Below, one piece after another: positions 9,720-18,463 of a DNA stretch of 64,000 nucleotides. The DNA is from Candidatus Hydrogenedentota bacterium. Lineage in GTDB: Bacteria; Hydrogenedentota; Hydrogenedentia; Hydrogenedentales; SLHB01. The position numbers and the translations under genes are program-made. Numbering within the stretch: the first letter of the stretch is position 1; each line of letters opens with the position of its first letter. The notes under the pieces are model-generated. The model saw only the letters and a program-made list of their open reading frames with translations. It made no database searches and was not told the origin of the DNA. The stretch spans positions 64,001 through 128,000 of the forward strand of contig CAVUWV010000036.1 in NCBI GenBank assembly GCA_963745075.1. The letters are read 5' to 3'.

Positions 9720-11807
9720 CTACATGGCCGCCTTTTTCACCCCGCCCCGGTCCACGGTAAACACCACAAACTCCCCATCATCGCCCTGCACGGCGATCCG
9801 CGTCTCACCCCCGACGCGGAGGGAGAAGCCGGGGAGGGAGACGGAGGCGCCGGCGTCCGTGATGGTGGCGTTGGTGGCTTTGACGGGGGCGTCGCCTTCG
9901 AGGATGTGGTAGGCGGCGATGAACCAGGCTTCTTTGCCGTGTTGGCGGCGGAGGAGCATGGGGAGGCGTTCGGGCATGTTGGGGCCGAAGCCTTCGGCGT
10001 AGAAGCAGGTGGAGGCGTCGAAGAAGCGCAGGGCGATGCGTTTACTGTCGTTGACCTCCAGCGTCGCGGCTTCGAAGCGTTCGGGGAACCGCTTCGTGTT
10101 CTTCAACAGCGTGTACGGTCCGTTCTCGCCAATGGCATCGACGGCTTCGGCCTCGGGCACGTCGATCAGTTTCCCGCGAAAATGGAGCGGTAGGTCGAAG
10201 GTGGCGTCTTCTTCGGACGTGCAGTGGATCACGTCTAGGATGACGTTGCCGGTCAGGCACAGAGTGCGATCGAGCACGACGCCGGGGTATGCGCCTTCAC
10301 AGGTGGCACGGACCACGTCGAAATCCTTGGTGACGCCGAAGGCTTTCAATTTGCAAGGTACCTTCTTCTGCGAGGTCTCATTCACGACGACGGTGTTATG
10401 CGCGAGGGTTTGCGTGAACCAGCCGCGGTGCAAGGGATTGCCGTAGGGCAGGCGGCCGGGGTCGACGAAGCGTTCGTCACCGAGGGCATAGAGGATCAGC
10501 CCGAGCTTCGCGGGGTGGACATGGCCGGAGGTGCCGGGACCATAGTCGAAGAACACGGCGGTTTGGCCGGAGGTGTCCCGCAGCACGGCAAGGCCGTCAG
10601 AGGGTTCGTTCGACGACCGCAGCCGCAAACGTTTCGGCCCGTCTTCGGGCAGCGTATCGACGCCCCACAGCAGGGCATCCTCCGAGTCGCGCGGATTCAG
10701 AATGGGCAGGTAGTTCGGGTCACCAAACCGCCGGTACGCGACTTCGTAATGGTTCCGCGCGCCTGTAATGGACGAGCGTGAACTGTCGTTCAGCGCGGGG
10801 TACGTCAAATCCGGGAAGAGTTGTCGCAGCGGCGCATCGAACATCTTCTTGACCGGCGGCAGGGAGTACAGGTCCATGCCCGCCCGCGCAGCGGCTTCGA
10901 GCAGGTAGATGTGCGCGGACAACGCGTACCAGTGATAACTCGGAGCCGCCTCAAACCACATGCCGCTGTCCGTCACGCTTTCGCGCATCTGAAATACGAA
11001 GCCGCTGGGCCCGTTCACGGCCCAGTTCACGAGGTCCTGGTCGCCCATGACGAAGGCTGCCGACGCCACGCCCGCGTTGTGCCAGGATTGCCAGTTCGAC
11101 TTACCGGCGTCGTACAGCCGGATCGTGTCGATCATCGGACGCAGGAAGTGCATCTCGATGGTCGCGTGATCTTCCGGCGTGAAGCACGGCGCGTCGTACA
11201 CGAAATCGTAACCCCGCGCGATGCGGCACAGGGCCACGCCTTCGTTAAGCGTCTGTGCGAAGAGCCGGCCGGCGGATTTCGATTCCTTGCCGTTCTTGTC
11301 ATGGAGGGGCAGGGACTCGTAGAAGGACGCATACTCCAGGAGAATCGCTTTCGCGCGTTCCGCGTACTCGGGTTTAGGGTTCAGTACGTACGCGGTCCCA
11401 AGCGTGTCCAATTCCGAGAAATAGCCGTTGTGCCGGTAGGTGATAATGACTTCATCGTAAGGCCAGCCGGTATAGACCTCGCCGCACACCGCGCACACAT
11501 GCTCCGTCGGCGATTTGGCCTCCAGGCGGCCGCCGTCCTTTTTGCACGTGTACCAGTGCGACCACTGTCCGCCCGCGTGCGGGATATCCAGCGGTTGGGC
11601 GACCAGGGCGTCGGCAGAACTTAGCGCCTTTCCCACGACGGTCTTTGCCCAGTCCTGTTGCCCGGCTCGTTCCCGGACGTGAGCGGCTTCGTCCGGAGTG
11701 AGAAAGGCGTACGGGTGAGCGCCCTCGGCGACGTGTACCGGTACGGACTCGACCGGCCACTGGGATTGTGACAACGCGACAAACAAGGCAGCGATTACTA
11801 TCTGCAT
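9720..11807 (-). CDS. Secreted polysaccharide lyase (alginate lyase / heparinase II/III domains)
   Basis: Signal peptide; QTLNE, SNWQSWHN, GMWFE..SYHWY, GHVHP and TLAHNTVVVN motifs. Confidence 0.85.
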   Translation of the reverse strand: MQIVIAALFVALSQSQWPVESVPVHVAEGAHPYAFLTPDEAAHVRERAGQQDWAKTVVGKALSSADALVAQPLDIPHAGGQWSHWYTCKKDGGRLEAKSPTEHVCAVCGEVYTGWPYDEVIITYRHNGYFSELDTLGTAYVLNPKPEYAERAKAILLEYASFYESLPLHDKNGKESKSAGRLFAQTLNEGVALCRIARGYDFVYDAPCFTPEDHATIEMHFLRPMIDTIRLYDAGKSNWQSWHNAGVASAAFVMGDQDLVNWAVNGPSGFVFQMRESVTDSGMWFEAAPSYHWYALSAHIYLLEAAARAGMDLYSLPPVKKMFDAPLRQLFPDLTYPALNDSSRSSITGARNHYEVAYRRFGDPNYLPILNPRDSEDALLWGVDTLPEDGPKRLRLRSSNEPSDGLAVLRDTSGQTAVFFDYGPGTSGHVHPAKLGLILYALGDERFVDPGRLPYGNPLHRGWFTQTLAHNTVVVNETSQKKVPCKLKAFGVTKDFDVVRATCEGAYPGVVLDRTLCLTGNVILDVIHCTSEEDATFDLPLHFRGKLIDVPEAEAVDAIGENGPYTLLKNTKRFPERFEAATLEVNDSKRIALRFFDASTCFYAEGFGPNMPERLPMLLRRQHGKEAWFIAAYHILEGDAPVKATNATITDAGASVSLPGFSLRVGGETRIAVQGDDGEFVVFTVDRGGVKKAAM

Positions 11808-11843
11808 GAATCAATTCTCCCCAACGTCTTCGTTTGTCGCATT

Positions 11844-12779
11844 CTAACAAATCGTGGGATGCTGGCCGGGCATTGAAGAACATCCCCCTTGATCCCCCTT
11901 CAACGACAGGGTCGACAGAAGTGGAAGTCGTTGAGGGGGAAATTCATAGCAGTTGGTGATGTCACCGCGGAATCTCCTGTACATGGTTCGGATCGGGTGA
12001 TGAAGCGAGATGAAATAAGAGATGAACGCGCAGAAACGGCCGAGTACGCCTTGAAGGCGTGCCCGGAAGGTCTCCAATTTGGCCGGTTGGGCGAGGAGTT
12101 CCCGCATCTTCTTGGATTTGGCGGCTTGCATCACGTTCCATCTCGCGGCCTTCAGGCGGATGGCGTTGAAGACGGCGGGCTTTCCGCGCACGCGGGCCCG
12201 CAGGTCCTCGGGCAAGGCATCGTAGCCTTCCCGGTCGTGACGGAGCACCTGGGTCAGGAAACGTTTGACCGTCACCGCCATGAGTTGGGTCCGTCCGAAC
12301 ATCGCCATGTCGCTGAAGACGTGGGTCGAATCCGCGCGCTGTTTGGCCACGGACAGTTCCAAGGCCTCGATCAACGCCTTGGTCACCCGCTCTTGCACGG
12401 CGGCGGCCAAGTCCAATTCCCGGAACAATTGCCGGTAGCGCTCCACCGTGCGCGACGACATGGATTGGCCGCCCGGGTCCAGGTTCAAGGCGTAGTGAAC
12501 CCCGATGTCCAGCATGTAGGCGTCGACGGCCTGTTGGACCGTCCAGTTCTGGAACTCCATGATGAACATCAGTCCCGCCACGGAATACAGTTCCTTGGTG
12601 GGCGCGCCCATCGATTCGTGAAACCGGTCCGCAAGGGCCGTGGCCGGCATCAGATCCAAGATGACCTTGCGGAAGACGCACTGCCAACCGGTATCCAAGG
12701 CCTTACGGGCCAGGGGCGACAGGACGTGCGCGTAGGGGTCAACCAGGGAGATTTGTCGAGGATCCACAATTTTCCGCAT
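11844..12779 (-). pseudogene. Truncated DDE transposase (DUF772-type N-terminus, internal deletion near 12192)
   Basis: GAPTKELYS...RTVERYR...QRADSTHVFSDM N-terminal segment joins directly to a C-terminal-type RVRGKPAV...LKAARWN segment; the central catalytic region appears to be missing. Confidence 0.7.
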
Positions 12780-12920
12780 AACTGTTGTAAGCCATTTCCG
12801 TTTAAGGGTTTCGGTATAACATGCGCAAAATCCCCTGTCAAGAGGAAAACTCATGCATCTCCTTTGGAAACAATACATTACAAAACAAATAGCAAGCCCC
12901 GGACTTTTGTCGGTCCTGTC
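11905..12920 (-). mobile_element. Internally deleted IS (IS1182/IS5-like) with 18-bp imperfect terminal inverted repeats
   Basis: Left end GACAGGGTCGACAGAAGT; right end reverse complement GACAGGACCGACAAAAGT; encloses a transposase remnant. Confidence 0.75.
12813..12841 (-). promoter_or_regulatory. Sigma-70-type promoter of the transposase
   Basis: TTGACA-17 nt-TATACC on the minus strand, ~35 nt upstream of the ATG at 12779. Confidence 0.6.
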
Positions 12921-12973
12921 TTTGAAGGGGGATGTTCTTGCGTCGTTCGAAACATTGACCACCAGCCAAAAGT

Positions 12974-13009
12974 CGATTACGAGTACGATAACGATTACGA
13001 TTACGACTT
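12974..13009. repeat. Hexamer tandem repeat, (CGATTA)-like x6
   Basis: cgatta cgagta cgataa cgatta cgatta cgactt. Confidence 0.8.
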
Positions 13010-13042
13010 GTGGTCTAGTCGAAGTCGTTAAGGGGGTCATCC

Positions 13043-15718
13043 ATGTTTACCATAAGCAGTTTCGTTCTCGCGGCAACGGTTGCCGCGGCCGGTTTGCCGT
13101 CCTGGTCCTTTGATACGCCGGACGAGCCCAACCCCTGGGTCGCCAACGCGCACCTTGCCAATGTCGCCATGCACGACGGCGTCCTTGCCGCCGACGCCAC
13201 CGATTGGGACCCTTTCTTTACCTGTACCGGGCTCAATGTTCCCGCAACGCCCTGGCAGTACGTGGTCATTCGGATTAAGGCCGACCGCACCGGAACGGGC
13301 GAGCTGTTTTTTACCGGCACGGAGGAAGGGCAGTACGGCGGACTCTCGCAGGACCGCAGCCGAAGCTGGCGACTAGAAGGCGACGGTGCTTTTCACGATG
13401 TCGTCGTGTTTCCCTTCTGGCAGGCGGAAAAACAAATCGTGAAGTTGCGGTTGGACGTTTACGACGGCGCCCACTTCGAGATCGATACCATCCAAATCCA
13501 CAGTTGGGGTGACGCGGACAATCCCATCACCGGCCAATACGATTGGACCTTCGATAGCAACGATACGTGGCGCATAGCCGACAGCACGACGGAACGTTTT
13601 TCGCCGCCACTGCGTCTTCCCATCGAAGATCGCGGCTGGGCGACCGTCGAACTCCAATCCGATACGGACACTGTCGGCACGCTGCTCTGGGTCGTGGAGG
13701 GCGTCCCGGGCGTGCAAACGGAATCCTTTTCCATTCGCGCCGGAGAACAACCGCGTGCCTACAACCTGGAACTCGACGGCAACCGCGTGTGGAAAGGAAC
13801 GTTGCTTACCCTGGGCGTGCAGTTTCCGGAAGACGTGGCGGTAAACTTGCGCAATGTGTCCATCGGCGAGGAACCGGCCGGCCCGCCGGAACTTGCGGTC
13901 ACGTATCTCGGCTTTGAAAACGGGATCAATCGCGCCGGCGCCGAGTGCAATGTGCTCCTGCGTGTATCCAATCTCGGCGGACGCCTCCAGGGGATTCGCG
14001 GTATTGACCTCGACGTGCCGGACGGCATCGAAGTGGTGCACCAACCCGATCAACTGTCGAACGCAGGGTTGGCCTACGAAGAATACGCGGACTACACGTG
14101 GACCGTGCGTGCCAACGCCGCCGGGACGTTTCCGATCCACGTCACCTTCTCGGGCAAAGGCGCCATCCCTGAACCCGCGTCGACGGACCTGACGTTCACG
14201 GAACCGCTGGGGCTGGCTCGCACCGACTACGTACCGGAACCGCACCCCGTGAAGACCGGTATCGAAGTCGCCGCCTACTACTTCCCGGGATGGGATTCCC
14301 CCGCGAAGTGGGATCCCATCCGCCGCGTGGCTCCCATCCGAAAACCGCTGCTCGGCTACTACGACGAAGGCAATCCCGAGTGCGTGGACTGGCAAATCAA
14401 ATGGGCCGCGGAAAATGGCATCTCCGTCTTCCTCGTCGACTGGTACTGGATCAAAGGCAACCAACACCTGACCCACTGGTTCGAGGCCTACAAGAAGTCC
14501 CGCTACCGCGACGAGCTGAAAGTCGCCATCATGTGGGCCAATCACAACCCGCCCGGCACCCATTCCCGCGAAGATTGGCGCAACGTCACGCAGGAATGGA
14601 TCGACAACTATTTCGGGATGGACAGTTACTACCGCATCGGGAACAAACCCGCGCTCTTCCTGTGGGACCCGCGCAACTTGCGCAACGATCTCGACGGGTC
14701 CGAAGGCGCGAAAGCCGCTCTCGATGATTCCCAGCAATTGGCCCGCGACGCGGGATACGAGGGCATCGAGTTTGTTGCGGTGAACACGGCGGAATCGCCC
14801 GCCTTCGTGGAAATGCTCGCGAAGGAAGGCTACGCGGGCGCGACCAATTATCACGAGTGGGGCACCGCCACCGACAACATGATGCGTCCGCAACGCGCGC
14901 AGTACGCGGATGTCGTCGCGACGGCGCCCGAGGAGTGGGTCCGGCGCAACGCCATGTGCCAACCGCTCACCTACTATCCGCTGGTCGATACCGGCTGGGA
15001 CTCGCGTCCCTGGCACGGCGACCAGTCGCTCGCCATCGAAGGGCGCACCCCCGCGCTCTTTGAAGATCTGTTACGCGAAGCCAAGACGTTCTGCGAAGCG
15101 AACGGCAAGCACACGGTCATTCTGGGCCCCGTCAACGAGTGGGGCGAAGGCAGCTATATCGAACCCTGCACCGAGTTCGGCTTTGCCATGCTGGAAGCCG
15201 TGCGCAAGGTTTTTGCCGAGGGCGATCCGGCCTCGTGGCCGGTGAACGTCGCGCCGTGCGATGTCGGCCTGGGCCCCTACGATTATCCTCCCGTCCAACC
15301 ACGTTCCGCGTGGGAGTTCAACGACGGTCCCGACGGATGGCAGGCCATGATGAACGTGGGCGACTTTCGCGCGGAGGACGGCGCGCTGCGGATGAAAGCC
15401 TTGGGCCGCGACCCCGCCATCGTCGTGCCGCTCACCGGCATCAACGGCTCCGAGTATTCAACGGCGGTCGTGACCATGCAGGTGACCGGCGACCTGCCGC
15501 CCGCCATGCGCGCCCAACTGTTCTGGGCCCGCGGCGGCAACGCCACCAGCGAAACGGCCAGCGTGTCCGTGCCCCTCGAAACGGACGGCGCCGTGCACAG
15601 CTACACCTTCGACTTACGCGCCAACCCGCGCTGGCGCGGCCCCATAACCATGCTGCGTTTCGACCCCTGCGACGCCGCCGATACGGACGTGGTTATCGAC
15701 ACTTTTGAGTTGCGTTAA
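13043..15718 (+). CDS. Secreted glycoside hydrolase family 99-like (WbsX-like) protein with flanking beta-sandwich modules
   Basis: Signal peptide; VAAYYFPGW, KPLLGYYDE, FLVDWYW, GWDSRPW and NEWGEGSYIEP. Confidence 0.85.
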   Translation: MFTISSFVLAATVAAAGLPSWSFDTPDEPNPWVANAHLANVAMHDGVLAADATDWDPFFTCTGLNVPATPWQYVVIRIKADRTGTGELFFTGTEEGQYGGLSQDRSRSWRLEGDGAFHDVVVFPFWQAEKQIVKLRLDVYDGAHFEIDTIQIHSWGDADNPITGQYDWTFDSNDTWRIADSTTERFSPPLRLPIEDRGWATVELQSDTDTVGTLLWVVEGVPGVQTESFSIRAGEQPRAYNLELDGNRVWKGTLLTLGVQFPEDVAVNLRNVSIGEEPAGPPELAVTYLGFENGINRAGAECNVLLRVSNLGGRLQGIRGIDLDVPDGIEVVHQPDQLSNAGLAYEEYADYTWTVRANAAGTFPIHVTFSGKGAIPEPASTDLTFTEPLGLARTDYVPEPHPVKTGIEVAAYYFPGWDSPAKWDPIRRVAPIRKPLLGYYDEGNPECVDWQIKWAAENGISVFLVDWYWIKGNQHLTHWFEAYKKSRYRDELKVAIMWANHNPPGTHSREDWRNVTQEWIDNYFGMDSYYRIGNKPALFLWDPRNLRNDLDGSEGAKAALDDSQQLARDAGYEGIEFVAVNTAESPAFVEMLAKEGYAGATNYHEWGTATDNMMRPQRAQYADVVATAPEEWVRRNAMCQPLTYYPLVDTGWDSRPWHGDQSLAIEGRTPALFEDLLREAKTFCEANGKHTVILGPVNEWGEGSYIEPCTEFGFAMLEAVRKVFAEGDPASWPVNVAPCDVGLGPYDYPPVQPRSAWEFNDGPDGWQAMMNVGDFRAEDGALRMKALGRDPAIVVPLTGINGSEYSTAVVTMQVTGDLPPAMRAQLFWARGGNATSETASVSVPLETDGAVHSYTFDLRANPRWRGPITMLRFDPCDAADTDVVIDTFELR

Positions 15719-15817
15719 TGGGCCGTCGGTGATATAGCATAAGAAGGAGATGGCATAAATATCGTGGGCTGCGGTCTCGGTCAGAATTCCATGGCTACAT
15801 CCAGAGGAGTGCGGGCA

Positions 15818-18463
15818 ATGATACGGCGAAGCCGACTCGTCCTATGCGTAATTCCGTGGTTGTTCACGACGGCTTACGCCGCCGAACACATCGTTCCCAG
15901 GGACTTCGAAACCATCCAGGCCGCCATCGACGCCTCCCAGCCCGGCGACGTGATCCACGTCAACGCTGGCACGTATAGCGAGGCCCTTGTCCTGAAGAGC
16001 GGCATCCGTATCGAAGGCGCGGGCGCAGAATCGACCATCGTGCAGTGCGAGCCGTTGAAGGATTCCGCGATATTTGCCAGCGACGTCTCCGACACATCCA
16101 TATCCGGCCTTACCTTCCAGCAGTTGCCGCTCGCCGGGGATCCCGACAGGGTGTTGTTTCCCAACTCCGTCGTAATGCTTTTCAATAGTAACGTGCTGTT
16201 TTCGGATTGCTCGATACGAGACGGTGCCTGTCACGGTGTTTACATGAGCGGCGGTGCACCAACCTTCAATAACGTGCGCATCGAGAACAACGGATGGTCC
16301 GGCGTATACGTTAGCGCCGGAGAAGCGCAACCGGAATTCATCGGATGCACGATGCGTAACAACAAAGGTTCGGGCGTTGTCTTGAGCGGGCCGGACGTGC
16401 ACGCGACGGCGCGGAACTGTGTCATGGAGGACAACGAGTGGTATGGGATCTACGTGGGCAAAGACGCTTACGTCGGCGGTTTGGGAAATGATTTTACACG
16501 GAACGGCATGATCGACCGTGATGAAGTGTCGTATCTGTGGAATACGAAAGACTACACCGAACTCGAGGAACTCGCCAAGCGACTGCGTTCCGAAAAGTCC
16601 CGGTTTCAATCCGGGGAGTGGCAGTTGAAACCGTTTTACAATTGGCTGGAAAAATCCGGTGACTTCAGGAGCGATGAAGAGGAGGAGGCCTTCCTTGCGC
16701 AAATCGACGAATGGAAGGCCAAGTATCCCGATTCGTTAACCTGGCGGATTATCTTGGCGGATTCCTACTACGATCGCGCCTGGGACTACCGGGGATCCGG
16801 ATATTCGAATACCGTCACGCAGGAGGGATGGCGTGGCTACGGTCAGTACATGGACAAAGCATGGGCCGTCATTGACGAGGCAGCGGCCATTCCAGAGAAA
16901 GACCCTGAGTATTACTTGCTGCGCGCTACGCTCACCATGGAATCGCCTCGCAGTGACTCCACACCGCGATCCTTTATCGGTGCGCTCGCCAGCCTGTTGA
17001 TGCCTTCGCTAGTGGGCGATCGGGAGCGCGCGCCCTTCCTGGAAGGGGTCGCATTGGAACCCCTGTACTATCCCCTGTACTACGCGCGCGTGCGACACCT
17101 GCTGCCCCGCTGGGGCGGCTCCCAAAGCGAGATGCTGCGGTTTGCCGAACGATCCGCCGACGACACCAAGGAACTTGCCGGAGACACGTTGTACGCCGTC
17201 ATCGCGACGCAAGTTGTCGTGTACGAAGGCAAAGAAGATTTCCGTTCCTATGGCTTTTCATGGCCCCGCATCCAACAGGGATACGAGGACATTCTGAACG
17301 CGTATCCGAAATCGGGGTGGAGGCTGAACAAGTACTGTTGGCTCGCCTGCGTGCATGACGACCGAGCGAAGGCCGCCGAGCTTTTCGAACGGCTGGGCGA
17401 TGCCTGGGATTCTTCCGTATTGGATTCGCAGACGCGGTACGAAGCCTATCGTGAATGGGCCGCGGAGGGGAAACCCTACCCAGGCCCCTCTCCCCTCGAA
17501 ACGGCCATCCGGGAAGGCGCGTATTTGAAGGTGGTCCAACTGCTTGACACGGGCACGGACCCGAACTCGACCGATCTTGACGGCGATCCCCTTCTCCAAA
17601 TTGCGATTGCCCAAGATGAGCCCGCGATCTTTGAACGCCTGTTGGAGGCCGGCGCAAATCCGGACAGCAAGGACGAGGACGGAAAGTACACACTCGAGTA
17701 CGCGTTGGGCCAATCCGATAGCGAGTTCGTCGAACTGCTTTTTGAACATCAGGCAAATCCGGAACCCGACGGCGATGCGACCTGGACGCCGTTGGCCGAG
17801 GTCGTTGCGTGGGAAAACTATGAGTACGTCAAACCGTTGCTCGACGCCGGCGCCAATCCGGATGGCGGAACGCGTTACCCCGGCGGTCCCCTCGATCAGG
17901 CCACACGAAACGGCAGGGCCGATGTGGTCCGTGTTTTGATCGGTCACGGGGCCGATGTGAATCTGAAACTTCCCGATCAATCGTCCATCCTAACCACCGC
18001 CGTGGAACTGAAGAATGTCGAAATCGCCAAAATCCTTCTGGACGCCGGCGCCGACCCCAATCTCGCCAGCACTCAGGGGTGGACTCCGCTTTTCGCCGCG
18101 GCGGATGTGGGCGACCTCGAACTGGCCAAACTCCTGGTCGAGCACGGCGCCGACGTCAATGCGAAGGAATTTGACGGCTGGTCGGTTTTTCACATGGCGA
18201 CCATGTCGGGCGCGACCCCGGTGGTCAAGTACCTGCTGGAACGCAGTCCGGAAGGCGCACTTTTCGTGGCGGACGTCAGCGGCCGCACGTTACTGCATCA
18301 GGCCGCCAAGAGCGGGTACCTTGACCTCGCGCGGATCTACGTCGATTGCGGGGTCGACGTCAACGCCGTCGAGACCGAATCCGGCAAGACGGCCCTCGAC
18401 TATGCCGTCGAAGGCAACCACCGGGCCATCGCAGAGCTGTTAAGGGAACACGGCGCTGAGTAA
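15818..18463 (+). CDS. Secreted multidomain protein: right-handed beta-helix + DUF4034-like + ankyrin repeats
   Basis: GAGGAG RBS; TIQAAIDA..PGDVI.V.AGTY start of the beta-helix; AWDYRGSGY and LLPRWGGS; multiple ankyrin units (GWTPLFAA..GDLELAKLLVEHGADVN). Confidence 0.8.
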   Translation: MIRRSRLVLCVIPWLFTTAYAAEHIVPRDFETIQAAIDASQPGDVIHVNAGTYSEALVLKSGIRIEGAGAESTIVQCEPLKDSAIFASDVSDTSISGLTFQQLPLAGDPDRVLFPNSVVMLFNSNVLFSDCSIRDGACHGVYMSGGAPTFNNVRIENNGWSGVYVSAGEAQPEFIGCTMRNNKGSGVVLSGPDVHATARNCVMEDNEWYGIYVGKDAYVGGLGNDFTRNGMIDRDEVSYLWNTKDYTELEELAKRLRSEKSRFQSGEWQLKPFYNWLEKSGDFRSDEEEEAFLAQIDEWKAKYPDSLTWRIILADSYYDRAWDYRGSGYSNTVTQEGWRGYGQYMDKAWAVIDEAAAIPEKDPEYYLLRATLTMESPRSDSTPRSFIGALASLLMPSLVGDRERAPFLEGVALEPLYYPLYYARVRHLLPRWGGSQSEMLRFAERSADDTKELAGDTLYAVIATQVVVYEGKEDFRSYGFSWPRIQQGYEDILNAYPKSGWRLNKYCWLACVHDDRAKAAELFERLGDAWDSSVLDSQTRYEAYREWAAEGKPYPGPSPLETAIREGAYLKVVQLLDTGTDPNSTDLDGDPLLQIAIAQDEPAIFERLLEAGANPDSKDEDGKYTLEYALGQSDSEFVELLFEHQANPEPDGDATWTPLAEVVAWENYEYVKPLLDAGANPDGGTRYPGGPLDQATRNGRADVVRVLIGHGADVNLKLPDQSSILTTAVELKNVEIAKILLDAGADPNLASTQGWTPLFAAADVGDLELAKLLVEHGADVNAKEFDGWSVFHMATMSGATPVVKYLLERSPEGALFVADVSGRTLLHQAAKSGYLDLARIYVDCGVDVNAVETESGKTALDYAVEGNHRAIAELLREHGAE

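Noticed and set aside
13373..15016. Long antisense ORFs (also 25905..27377, 47086..48375, 57401..59077)
   Set aside because: Shadow frames of well-supported genes in GC-rich DNA with no recognisable motifs.
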